Below are positions 1-11,150 of a stretch of 64,000 nt of DNA, piece after piece (the first letter of the stretch is position 1; each line of letters starts with the position of its first letter). Made by a program: the position numbers and the translations under genes. The DNA lies in contig NIVC01001049.1 of the NCBI GenBank assembly GCA_002269645.1, forward strand, positions 62,001-126,000. Direction: 5' to 3'. The notes under the pieces are model-generated. The model was given only the letters and a program-made list of their open reading frames with translations, ran no database searches and was not told where the DNA came from. The stretch comes from Macrostomum lignano (taxonomy: Eukaryota).

Positions 1-1
1 G

Positions 2-1018
2 TTAAGTCGGTAAGAGAGCGCGATCCAGGCTGATCTGGTCCCGTCGGAATGCCAGGTCCTTGGTGTCCAGCGAGATCAGGCTGACGGACCGGTAGCTGCT
101 CTGGAACTGGTTCGCCTTGCGGCAGTTATTCTTCTGGAGCGCCTGCGCATCGGGTGGGCACACGGTCTGCACCACCCAGATTGACGCACAGGGGAAAGCC
201 TTCCTGATGTTGGTCAGGCTCATCTTCCAAAGCTTGGCGATGGAGAAGTCAAAGCTCTCACGGTGGAGGTCGTTGTTGCCGGCCCAGACGATGACGTGGC
301 CTGTGGCGGGACTCGCATTCTCCACCTTGCTGATGTTCTTCAGGTAGTCCAGCGTGAGGCCTGGAAAGCAGTGCACCTCCAGGTCTGGCGAGGCCAGCTT
401 CACGAATTCCATGTTCTGGTCAGCGATCACCAAGGTGGGCTTCTGCTTTGAACTCAGCTTCCAGTGCTTCTTGGCTCCGTGGTGGAAGACGACTTTGTTC
501 TCCCGTAAGCTTCTGGCAGTCTTCGACGGCTGCATGAGGCTCCCGGAATCAGGAGAACCAGATGGAGGTCTCTACCTGGTGGCCGCCGGGGTTCCAGAGT
601 CTGCGGCATCTTCACTTGTCCGTGCGGTGACAGTTTCTGGGACACCAGTAGACGTAGTCATGGGTAGGGACACCCCCCTGTTCGTCGGAGACTCAATTGA
701 GGCACAGTCCCGTGCGGATGGCGCCGTAGAGTTCTCTTCTCGAGCCGTCGAAGCTGACGAATCCGCCGGCGCGGTCGCCGACAAAGCCGCCGGCGCAGTC
801 GCCGACGAGGCCGCCGGCGCGGTCACCGACGAAGCTGACGAGGCCGCCGGCGCGGTCGCCGACGAAGCTGACGAGGCCGCCGGCGCGGTCGCCGACGAAG
901 CTGACGAGGCCGTCGGCGCGGTCGCCGACGAAGCCGCCGAGGAAGCCGCCGGCGCGTTAGCTCCAGTCTCGAAAATGGACATGTGCTCCTCCGACGCCTC
1001 CTTGATGATGGAAGCCAA
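2..1018 (-). pseudogene. Decayed SGNH/GDSL-esterase-like ORF (LINE ORF1p esterase type), running off the window edge
   Basis: ORFs 572-1018 (Ala/Ser/Thr-rich linker) and 2-535 are in the same frame, separated only by TAG at 572-574. Motifs LVIADQ, VHCFPG and VIVWAGNNDL match SGNH blocks (GDS / RCFPG / VGTND) seen in L2/CR1/RTE-X ORF1. Upstream fragments 1100-1315 and 823-1170 look like frameshifted continuations. Confidence 0.6.
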
Positions 1019-1467
1019 CGAACCGGACGTAGGTGGGCAGCGGTCGACGCTTGGAAATGCGGCGTGGCTTCGAGCTGCGTAGCCGGTTCACTCAGACAGT
1101 CAGCCAGTGCCTTGAACCCATGGGTGTGCAGTCGCTCCATCAAGGATGCGGGGACTCCAGGCTCTGCCAATCTTGTTAGCGGCCCACCGGATGCCTATGA
1201 GCCAGCCGGTCTTGAATTCCTCCACCGGGCCGGATAGTCGAAGCTGCTCCAACTTCTCGGCCACCGCTGCGAACTGCGTGCCATAATGCGTCCTCATGTC
1301 CGCTGTTGTGTGCACCAGCCACTGAAGGGCATTGGATTCAAAGCGCTAGTGAGTCTCCTTGCCCTGGAACGCTGGACAGAGGAATAAGGTCAGACTATCT
1401 GCCTTCCTTCGGACTGTCACTGGAGCTGCCGGGCGAGACCAGTTCTGCAGATGGTGGTGGATCCTGC

Positions 1468-1645
1468 AGGAGAGAGGGGAGAGGGAGAGGAGGAGAGGGG
1501 GAGAGAGAGAGGAGGAGAGAGGGGAGAGGGAGAGGAGGAGAGAGAGAAGCAGAGGGGAGAGGAGGAGAGAGGGGAGAGGAGGAGAGAGGGGAGAGGGAGA
1601 GGACGATTGAGAGAAGCAGAGGGGAGAGGGAGAGGAGGAGGAGGC
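1468..1645. repeat. GA-rich purine tract; polypyrimidine on minus strand inside an intron-like interval 1464-1656
   Basis: (GGAGA/GAGAG)n seen directly. The minus strand has AAG|GTAATT at 1656 and CTCCTGCAG| at 1464. Confidence 0.8.
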
Positions 1646-1919
1646 TCTATAATTACCTTCTGTTATCAGTGTGAGAGCCAAATAACGAAGGCCGGTGGAT
1701 TCGAATAACTTTTCCTGGTGACGCAATCACGAGATGTTTGCTTTCAATCCGTTGTATTTGGTGTGTGCGATCTCAGAGATGCTCACTGCCAGAGAAAATA
1801 CAGGGGGTGTTCCAGGTAAGAGCTTGATTAATTATAGCTCTGTTCAGGGTTCAAATGTCTGGGCGAACTGATAGCTCGATCTGATATGTGGAGGGGATCG
1901 GATATCCTTTGTTAGGGTT

Positions 1920-2190
1920 CGATGGGATATTGAATAACATATGGGATTTGTTATATCCAAATGGTTGGCTACTTTCTCATCATGGGACAATAAATAGAAC
2001 AATGGGATCAACATCATGGGATATTGAATAGCAAAATGGGATATTGAATGACACAATGGGATATTTAATAACACAATGGGATATTGAATAACACAATGGG
2101 ATCAGCATCATGGGATATTGAATAACACAATGGGATCAGCATATTGGGATATTGAATAGCACAATGGGGTCAGCATCAGGGATACTGAAT
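1920..2190. repeat. Degenerate ATGGGATATTGAAT repeats
   Basis: Repeated ACAATGGGATATTGAAT-like units. Confidence 0.75.
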
Positions 2191-2503
2191 TATACCACTG
2201 TGTCAGCATCAGTATTGTATACAAGATCAAGAACTGTACCTCATGAACACTAATTTTGTTGCCATCGATAGAAATTTGGCTGAAAAAGCCCGCCATCTTC
2301 CTTCAGCTTATTTCTAAAATTCCTTTTTTTTCCGGGACGAAGGTTCAGCCTTACCCAGCCGCAAAACCTGTAAAATACTCGCAGCTTTCGGGCTGATCAA
2401 ATCAGATTTTGTCTGTCCATCTTTACTCCTGCATTCCCTGATTTAAGTTGAGTCTCGCTGCTAGTAAATATTCTAAATTATGTAGCTATTGTAAATGTTT
2501 AAA

Positions 2504-2912
2504 CAAAACAGTGGCGCTGATGGGATAACAGAAGCAATAAACAGTGGCGCTGATGGGATAACAGAAGCAATAAACAGTGGCGCTGATGGGATAACAGAAG
2601 CAATAAACAGTGGCACTGATGGGATAACAGAAGCAATAAACAGTGGCACTGATGGGATAACAGAAGCAATAAACAGTGGCAATGAGGGGATAACAGAAGC
2701 AATAAACAGTGGCGCTGATGTGATAACAGAAGCAATAAACAGTGGCGCTGATGTGATAACAGAAGCAATAAACAGTGGCACTGATGGGATAACAGAAGCA
2801 ATAAACAGTGGCACTGATGGGATAACAGAAGCAATAAACAGTGGCACTGATGGGATAACAGCAACAATAAACAGTGGCACTGATGGGATAACAGCAACAA
2901 TAAACAGTGGTG
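2504..2912. repeat. 33-bp minisatellite, about 12 copies
   Basis: Unit AAACAGTGGCACTGATGGGATAACAGAAGCAAT; explains ORFs 2473-2919, 2495-2986 and 2499-2900. Confidence 0.95.
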
Positions 2913-2970
2913 CTGTCAAGTATCTCTTGCTAAAGAGTGGCTTTTGTTCTGTTATAATCCGAGACTGTTC

Positions 2971-5667
2971 TCAATTCCATCGGTAAAAACTTGGTACGAC
3001 TGCGCCACCAGGTTCCCTCAGCGATTCTTTGAAGTTTTCGTTGTTTTGTCCAGGCTCCAGGTCGAGCCGCCGCCAGGCAGCCATCATGACGACGAACCAG
3101 CAGGCGGCCACCTCCATGTGGCTCTTCCAGCACCAGTACCAGTCTTTGTGCATCACGTCACACTCCTTGCTGACCAGCGAGGCCTCCATGCGGCCGCGGA
3201 CGATGGCGGCGGACTGGCGGAAAAGGCAGTGGAACCAGTCACGGTTATCCATAGCCGTGTCTTTGACCCAGTGCGCCAGCTCAATGAGTGCATTCTTGTA
3301 CTCTGGATCTGAGGAATTCTCAATGAGGAATTTGGACCAATTATTTTCTTTGGCAAACCTGAAGAGCTCGTACACGCTGCAGTGCTCAAGCACTGGAATG
3401 TTTCTTTGAATTACCGGTACTTGTCTCGCGTGATACTTTCGGTTGAGACGCTGGCACACCGCCTCTCTATTGTTCCGGAGACCTTCGCTTTTTCGCAGTT
3501 CGCAGTATTCAATGGCGCTTCGTATTGCTGGGACGTTCTGATTCTGCGGATTCGCTTCCTCATCTGCGAGAGCGTCTCCCCAGATATCGTGATATTTATT
3601 AGTTCCGCTGGTCTCTCTTCTTGTTTTCTTGTTGTAAGACCCGTCTAAATTTATAACGGGCACCAGACACTGAGCGTATGTATCCTTCACTTTATCAAAG
3701 GTAGCCTCTAGCTGAGGCAAATGCACTCTCAGCGTGCGGTGCATCAGCGTGAGTATGTTGTCTCGCAGGATCCGGCAAGTATCTGTCACAGGCAGTGAAA
3801 TGCACACCCAGCATACTCCATCAAATGTGCACTGGAGGTCAAAATCGTCTAGGTCTTCTCGATCTACACTTTTGCTCCGGAGTGTTGGCTTGAAAGTATT
3901 CGTCCCATATTTAATCAGTCGGTTCTCGAACAGCGCGAGTCTAAGGGTCAGAGCCTCATTTCCGTCTCCCGCACCTATCTGTGGCGGAAGCTTCCAAGTA
4001 TTGTCGCAGCACTCCACCATCTTAAGAGTGACTGTCCTCGCCCACGTGGAAAAGCTCTCACCACTCATAATGCAATCCATTTCGTTGTCGGCCAGTTTTT
4101 TTAGGTTACCCAGCGTAACGCAGTTGCCCAGGATGACAAGTTTCTCACTCGGCTGGGTCTTGTACTCCACTCGAATTCGAATTTTCACAGTCTTTTGCTT
4201 ATCTGCAGAAAACATGCGAACTTTGCTGTCACCCCAGTTGGTTTCCAGAGTGAACCGAGGCCTTCCGCCGTTTGTGTTGAGTGGCACACTTCTAAGGACA
4301 TCGTAGCTTCGAGTAGCTGGTCTTGAGCGGGCAAGGTTTCCGCGTTCGTCGAGACCAAACACAGCGAGACCAAATGACAGATCACAACCATTCGGAAGAG
4401 TTAGACTGCCATCATCACTTTTACACATTTTGATATTAAGTTGTTGCTTCTCACGAATGCTGTTGTGTTTGTACGTCATCATGTTTTTTCTGTCCGCTCG
4501 AACGTTTTCGTTGCCAAGCTCATCGCAGCTCCCGACAACAGCAACCATCTCACCAAAACTTGTGCTATAGTGAGTTCTTACAGTGATCTCGGCGAGTACA
4601 AATAGTTTTATATTCCGGTCATTGAAAGCGGATTCTATAGTAACACGATTCCCATCGTCCACGGTGAGCTGCACAGAACGTTGAGGAACATTTTCTGGTT
4701 GCCACTGATCCCCGACATACTGGTAGAATCTGAATGCAAGATCAACTACATTCTTGGCTTGATCCAGAACAGACACTTGGTTGTTAGTGGAGTGAATTAA
4801 CATAGTTATTTTTACATATTTCTGTCCAATACGCGTATTTCTATTAACTGTCAATTCCTGTTCCGTAACAATCTCACGGCAGTTTCCCTTCACAGCGATT
4901 CGTCCAACATCTTGAGGAATGGAGTTCGTTTGAAAAGTGACGTCACGTGTTGTGAACAAGTACAGAACATAGTTGTTAGGATTGACATCCAGGAGATAGG
5001 ATTTTATACCCTTCCAAGTGAGAGTGACAGGTTGCCGGAAATCCTCAAAATTCCACTCTTCATTGTCATAATTGCGAGAACCAATGCTGAATTTAAGATT
5101 GGTTTCTTCAACAGCAGAAGGCACCGAACTATAAAGGGGTACTTTCCAATCCCCAGCTCTATTTTGAAACATTTCAATGTCAACTTTTGCAGTCTGATGC
5201 TGGTCAAATGTCTTTTCGTGGAGAAGCTCAGCGCAGTTTCCCTGGACAGCAATCTGCTGATTATGACCATTCCCGAGAGCATGATTTAGGAAGGTGATTT
5301 TCACTGTCTCTGTTGGGAATACGCGATAGCCTGAGCCATCTGGGCTGAACCAAATCAGAAACCTGTTCTGTCTTGTCGCTTTTAAAACCACGCTGAGTGG
5401 CTGATCATGCTGCAGGTTCCAATCATCATTAGGTCCAGCGCGAACAAATATTCTCACTGACAGATCTTGACCGGAAACTTTGAGGCTTCCAGCATCATCT
5501 CTCACCATTTTGATCTTGAGTTCTGTCTGCCGGACATTGTTTCCCAAGTCAGTAGCCAGTCGCTGGACATTCTGAAGCTCATTACAGTTTCCTTGAACTC
5601 CAATTTGCGTTTCATCTGCTGCATTGAATTCAGTCCGGAAGACAACAGTAACATTAACATTTGTCAT
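2971..5667 (-). CDS. Intronless 898-aa protein with five tandem degenerate CBM20 (starch-binding)-like modules and an unassigned C-terminal region
   Basis: Long non-repetitive ORF; first true ATG at 5667 (MTNVNV). Five module starts: QIGVQGNCNELQN, QIAVQGNCAELLHE, RIAVKGNCREIVTE, STSFGEMVAVVGSCDELGN, KTQPSEKLVILGNCVTLGN. These resemble the CBM20 T..Ge.v.vvG...LG.W signature. Confidence 0.75.
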   Translation of the reverse strand: MTNVNVTVVFRTEFNAADETQIGVQGNCNELQNVQRLATDLGNNVRQTELKIKMVRDDAGSLKVSGQDLSVRIFVRAGPNDDWNLQHDQPLSVVLKATRQNRFLIWFSPDGSGYRVFPTETVKITFLNHALGNGHNQQIAVQGNCAELLHEKTFDQHQTAKVDIEMFQNRAGDWKVPLYSSVPSAVEETNLKFSIGSRNYDNEEWNFEDFRQPVTLTWKGIKSYLLDVNPNNYVLYLFTTRDVTFQTNSIPQDVGRIAVKGNCREIVTEQELTVNRNTRIGQKYVKITMLIHSTNNQVSVLDQAKNVVDLAFRFYQYVGDQWQPENVPQRSVQLTVDDGNRVTIESAFNDRNIKLFVLAEITVRTHYSTSFGEMVAVVGSCDELGNENVRADRKNMMTYKHNSIREKQQLNIKMCKSDDGSLTLPNGCDLSFGLAVFGLDERGNLARSRPATRSYDVLRSVPLNTNGGRPRFTLETNWGDSKVRMFSADKQKTVKIRIRVEYKTQPSEKLVILGNCVTLGNLKKLADNEMDCIMSGESFSTWARTVTLKMVECCDNTWKLPPQIGAGDGNEALTLRLALFENRLIKYGTNTFKPTLRSKSVDREDLDDFDLQCTFDGVCWVCISLPVTDTCRILRDNILTLMHRTLRVHLPQLEATFDKVKDTYAQCLVPVINLDGSYNKKTRRETSGTNKYHDIWGDALADEEANPQNQNVPAIRSAIEYCELRKSEGLRNNREAVCQRLNRKYHARQVPVIQRNIPVLEHCSVYELFRFAKENNWSKFLIENSSDPEYKNALIELAHWVKDTAMDNRDWFHCLFRQSAAIVRGRMEASLVSKECDVMHKDWYWCWKSHMEVAACWFVVMMAAWRRLDLEPGQNNENFKESLREPGGAVVPSFYRWN

Positions 5668-8034
5668 GGTGCTGGTAGCCTCAGACGGCAGAATTCGAGG
5701 TCTCGAGACGACTTCAGGACAGCGAAGATCCTGTCCTGTTTGAGAGGCTCCGCTCTTCTTCAAAATCGGCTGGAGTGAGCAGCAGCCAAGCAGAATGGCC
5801 AAGTCAGCTCTGCTGTGAGAGCAGTGCGGGAAAGGCGGGCTTAGTCAGGGTTGGAGCAGAAAGAGTTGCAGCGAATTCAATTCGGAGTGCCAGACAGAAG
5901 ACTAAACAAATACATGCAGTCTGGATTGGTCTAGGTATTCGGACCCAGAGGGGAGACCCGCTCGCAGAATTACGCACTCGTATCATTCGATGTGAGCATT
6001 TTGAAGGGTTGCGTGGGGGGAAATTATTATAAATAATGCGACAGTTGCACACCTATTCCTTCTTGCTGTTATATTAATTTTTTACTAACCTACATGTGCT
6101 TATCGATTCTGCTGACCCCTGAGGATCAAGGATAAGACTGAGCTCTACAATGACTTATTGCTATTTTTAATGTTTAAGGGTCTTTGACCTACTAAAGGAT
6201 AACCATCTACAAGCCAGAATACTTACAGCATATCAGTAGTAGAATTAATTTAGCATTAGTTTTGAGTTAGCCATACGGTAGTGCCTCAGGCTTATCCTAT
6301 ACGCTTACTGCTTGCTATCTGCATTGTCCGCAAAAAATAGAAAATTTTCAAGTCATTATTATCTCTAAAGCTTCTCAACATACTACTTTTACTTGCTACT
6401 TGCTCAATCCTCCCATAATCCATTTTCAACCCGCTTTCTTCAAGCCTCATTCAATTCGCTCCCCAAAAGCAGATCGCAACAACTTTCAACCATCAGCGCA
6501 GGGTCCTCACCCTCTTAAAAATTTGCGATAAAAATGTTCCCAGTTGTCTCCCCAGGTTTTTACTATAAACAGCACGAGCCGAATTACAAATCCAAGTCCG
6601 TCTTTGTTACACATTTTGAGTCTTGTATCGGTGCGCTCAACTCTGCACATATCGGCTGTGTAGGCAACATCAATTTCCTTCTCAATGACCTTCAAGTATT
6701 CTGCTACAGCTCCACACAAGGTACTTTAGCCTCCATATTTTTATGGTCAGCTCCTTCAAAGTTGCTCTATTTCGCTCATCTCCAGCCAGCCTAAACGTGC
6801 AGCAAAGTGGCTAGTCAATCGATTGACGCCAATAATTGGAGAGAATATCTACAAAAATATCTACAGACCAATACAGTGGATTCTTAGCAGCATGGGTTGC
6901 AGCCGCAAGACCATAGTTGCATCTCTACTAACTCTCTTCATATAACCGGGGTCATTCTCATCCCCTTTCTTTTCATTGGGGATGAAGCCAGCTAAATCCC
7001 TAGATGAAACCTGGGTTCTCAACCAAACAATACCAAAACTGGCAATCCTCTCCAGCACACAAATTCACTTACGCAGAAAATTTACTCTTGCAGAAGAGAA
7101 AGATTCTTCAAATTAAAACGCAGTTGCCTGAGTCGGCCGCTAGCAAGCAGTGGTCTGGCTCTGTTTAATCCTAGCTGATAAACAGAGAGTTGAGCGAGTG
7201 AAAAAGCTGACTAATTAAGTTTCGCTGGCAAAGCAAATCTTCTCTTGCGCGCCAGAGATTCGGAGTTCCGGACTCTCTATGTATATTGGACGCAAGAAGA
7301 AGCCATTATAGCGCTTCTGTTTTGCGGATTGAATGTCTGTTTTCTGCAGCTCCAGCTCTTTTGTATATGCTGAAAGTCGATGTGTCAAACTGCATGCGCC
7401 AACCAATGGGGTTGTCTTACTTCTTGGACTGTGGCCTGGCCGCGGCGCAATCGCTCGAGTCTTTTGTGTCTTCAATGCTTTGATTATTATCTTCAACAAA
7501 GAGTAATGAAGTGGCGCACATCACTAAGCTATATGAAGATGCACAAGAGGGTAGCTGCTTGCGAGTTCATTTTCTGCCCCAGCATCATAAAAAAGAGCAG
7601 AAGAAACCCACAAGAACCCCCCCCCCCCACTTGTTTCTTTCTATCTCTATCGGCAGTGAGTAATACACTAACCCCATCTTTCTGGTGTGAGCATGCCCAC
7701 ACTATTAGCATGATTTGCTCCTTTGAAACCCTGAGCATCTTTTTCTTTTCTACCCTGCTTGCTGCTCGTGTTTGCAGTTTTCATTCAGCTATCTATTCAT
7801 TTTTAACACAAGACAAAGTAGATGAGTAATGAGTAACCTTAGACACTAAATTGAAAATGAACCTGCCGTATAAATAACTGTTGTCACGCTTATCTAGTTT
7901 TACATACTTTTCTGAATCTCTCAATTATTACAATTATTTTATCATGAATGACGTAGAAGCGACTGTACCGTAGACAGGAAACTGCCCAGTAAAATGCTAT
8001 GAGGATGTAAGAATAGGCACTGTAGACACTGCAC

Positions 8035-8040
8035 TATAAA
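8035..8040 (+). promoter_or_regulatory. TATA box upstream of the PLA2 ORF
   Basis: TATAAA about 150 bp upstream of ATG 8187. Confidence 0.35.
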
Positions 8041-8186
8041 TGGGGCCTGAGACTTGACCCGTCATTCCTGCCTCTTATCGATCCGTATGGTTTAAAAACC
8101 CCGGCGGTGAAAGCGGGTCAGCTCGTACTGGACTGCGTGCGTGGTCTGCTAGAAAAGGCTTTCTGAAACTGGCAGCTTTGATTTAC

Positions 8187-8648
8187 ATGTACAATCCACA
8201 CTTACAAATACTTCACAAAAAACTTTCTTTCACACCCGGTAGGTATAGGGGAGCACTGCACCTCCCCGGTTATTCTTTTACGGGCCCCGGCACAAATTTA
8301 ACATTAAGATTAAACCATATAACGGATCAACCGCAACCCGATAGCCTTCCTATAAACCCTATAGACTGGGCGGGATATCGACACGATAAACGTTATAGAG
8401 AAGCAGGAAATTCAGAAGACCCCCCCCCTGCTCAAAAACATACAACTGACGAGCAAACGTTACAAGAGCTTGACGCAATTCCAACAGAAGACTTGGCCAT
8501 AAAAGAGCGACTAACGCGACGTATGGTCAAGAGAATTATTCAAGCAAAGGTAAGATTTGCTTCGAATCAAAATATAGAAGCAAAGTATGCTTCAAATGAG
8601 CAGCTCGAAACGAAATGGAAGGTAAAGCCGTGGGAAAGAAAACAATAA
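8187..8648 (+). CDS. Parvovirus VP1u / Polinton-adintovirus type phospholipase A2 domain protein (153 aa)
   Basis: LHLPGYSFTGPGTNL (Ca-binding loop), PINPIDWAGYRHDKRY (HDxxY catalytic motif), C-terminal RIIQAKVRF. The stop TAA overlaps AATAAA at 8644-8649. Confidence 0.85.
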   Translation: MYNPHLQILHKKLSFTPGRYRGALHLPGYSFTGPGTNLTLRLNHITDQPQPDSLPINPIDWAGYRHDKRYREAGNSEDPPPAQKHTTDEQTLQELDAIPTEDLAIKERLTRRMVKRIIQAKVRFASNQNIEAKYASNEQLETKWKVKPWERKQ

Positions 8649-8964
8649 AAAATCAGAGTAATTGCACACAGGCAAGGCCAAGCCTGCAACATACGGGGTT
8701 TAACCCCCCCCCCCGCATGAGACGTAGGGGGCGGTACAGAGGAGGGCACAAGGGAGGTGATGGGGCAACTCACTTTACACGGAGGCCAGCGGAGCAGGCC
8801 TGGTGTAAGGTAGGCATTGCAAAGGAAACTGCAATTATCAAGGATAAATAATGTTATTAAAAAATTCAATGCCTATAATAACTTGTTTATAGACATTGCT
8901 AATAGACGCAGCTCATTCACTTATCATATCCTCATCAGCGTTGGCACTCGCTTCAGTAGTAACA

Positions 8965-10490
8965 TCTGCGGTGGTGACAGCAGCACCTGTAGCATCTGCG
9001 GTGGTGACAGCAGCACCTGTAGCATCTGCGGTGGTGACAGCAGCACCTGTAGCATCTGCGGTGGTGACAGCAACACCTGTAGCATCTGCGGTGGTGACAG
9101 CAGCACCTGTAGCATCTGCGGTGGTGACAGCAGCACCTGTAGCATCTGCGGTGGTGACAGCAACACCTGTAGCATCTGCGGTGGTGACAGCAGCACCTGT
9201 AGCAACTGCGGTAGTGACAGCAGCACCTGTAGCATCTGCGGTAGTGACAGCAGCACCTGTAGCATCTGCGGTAGTGACAGCAGCACCTGTAGCATCTGCG
9301 GTAGTGACAGCAGCACCTGTAGCATCTGCGGTAGTGACAGCAGCACCTGTAGCATCTGCGGTGGTGACAGCAGCACCTGTAGCAACTGCGGTAGTGACAG
9401 CAGCACCTGTAGCATCTGCGGTGGTGACAGCAGCACCTGTAGCATCTGCGGTGGTTACAGCAGCACCTGTAGCATCTGCGGTGGTGACAGCAGCACCTGT
9501 AGCATCTGCGGTGGTTACAGCAGCACCTGTAGCAACTGCGGTAGTGACAGCAGCACCTGTAGCATCTGCGGTGGAGACAGCAGCACCTGTAGCAACTGCG
9601 GTGGTGACAGCAGCACCTGTAGCAACTGCGGTAGTGACAGCAGCACCTGTAGCATCTGCGGTAGTGACAGCAGCACCTGTAGCATCTGCGGTGGTGACAG
9701 CAGCACCTGTAGCAACTGCGGTAGTGACAGCAGCACCTGTAGCATCTGCGGTAGTGACAGCAGCACCTGTAGCATCTGCGGTAGTGACAGCAACACCTGT
9801 AGCATCTGCGGTGGTGACAGCAGCACCTGTAGCATCTGCGGTGGTGACAGCAGCACCTGTAGCATCTGCGGTAGTAACAGCAGCACCTGTAGCAACTGCG
9901 GTAGTGACAGCAGCACCTGTAGCATCTGCGGTAGTAACAGCAGCACCTGTAGCATCTGCGGTGGTGACAGCAACACCTGTAGCAACTGCGGTGGTGACAG
10001 CAGCACCTGTAGCAACTGCGGTAGTGACAGCAGCACCTGTAGCATCTGCGGTGGTGACAGCAACACCTGTAGCAACTGCTGTGGTGACAGCAGCACCTGT
10101 AGCATCTGCGGTGGTGACAGCAGCACCTGTAGCATCTGCGGTGGTGACAGCAGCACCTGTAGCAACTGCGGTGGTGACAGCAGCACCTGTAGCAACTGCG
10201 GTGGTGACAGCAGCACCTGAGGCAACTGCGGTGGTGACAGCAACACCTGTAGCATCTGCGGTGGTGACAGCAACACCTGAGGCAACTGCGGTGGTGACAG
10301 CAGCACCTGTAGCAACTGCAGTGGTGACAGCAGCACCTGAGGCAACTGCGGTGGTGACAGCAGCACCTGTAGCAACTGCGGTGGTGACAGCAGCACCTGT
10401 AGCAACTGCGGTGGTGACAGCAACACCTGTAGCAACTGCGGTGGTGACAGCAGCACCTGAGGCAACTGCGGTGGTGACAGAAGCGACACC
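8965..10490. repeat. 30-bp minisatellite, about 50 copies, possibly coding (mucin-like)
   Basis: Unit GTAGCATCTGCGGTGGTGACAGCAGCACCT; reads VASAVVTAAP on plus and TGAAVTTADA on minus. Confidence 0.95.
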
Positions 10491-10654
10491 AGCAGCCGCA
10501 TCCCATTCTCTTGGAGTTCACCGTCTCGAGAAATGGATGCTGCATAGAAGCGTCAAGCTTGGTGCAAATTTCCTGCGCAGTCTCTTTGCTCTTCGACCTG
10601 CAAATTCCTCGATTCGACATCAACCAGAGCCGCTTTCACAACGCCTCATTACGT

Positions 10655-11150
10655 CTGTCCCTCTCTCCCTACACTCCCTCTCTCCCTACACTCCCTCTCT
10701 CCCTACATTTCCTCTCTCCCTACTCTCCCTCTTTCCCTACACTCCCTCTCTCCCTACTCTCCCTCTTTCCCTACACTCCCTCTCTCCCTACACACTCTCT
10801 CTCTCTCCCTACACTCCCTCTCTCCCTATACTCCCTCTCTCCCTACACTCCCTCTCTCCCTACACTCTCTCTCTCCCTACACTCCCTCTCTCCCTACATT
10901 CTCTCTCCCTACATTCTCTCTCCCTACACTCCCTCTCTCCCTACACTCCCTCTCTCCCTACATTCTCTCTCCCTACACTCCCTCTCTCCCTACACTCCCT
11001 CTCTCCCTACACTCCCTCTCTCCCTACACTCCCTCTCTCCCTACACTCCCTCTCTCCCTACACTCCCTCTCTCCCTACACTCCCTCTCTCCCTACACTCC
11101 CTCTCTCCTTTTCACTCCCTTCCCTACACTCCGTCTCCCTATATTCCCCC
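10655..11150. repeat. 17-bp CT-rich minisatellite
   Basis: Unit CTCTCTCCCTACACTCC. Confidence 0.95.

Noticed and set aside
8045-8125. Possible hammerhead ribozyme (TGACCCG pairs with CGGGTCA after GAAA)
   Set aside because: There is no CUGANGA core between the arms and the stem III register is off by one. CTGATGA sites at about 16313 and 54372 also lack a proper GAAA.
8953-10623. Cys/His-rich 556-aa ORF and CxxC-repeat 467-aa ORF as metal-binding proteins
   Set aside because: They are alternative frames of the 30-bp repeat, and the CxxC frame has an internal stop at 10218-10220. No independent support.
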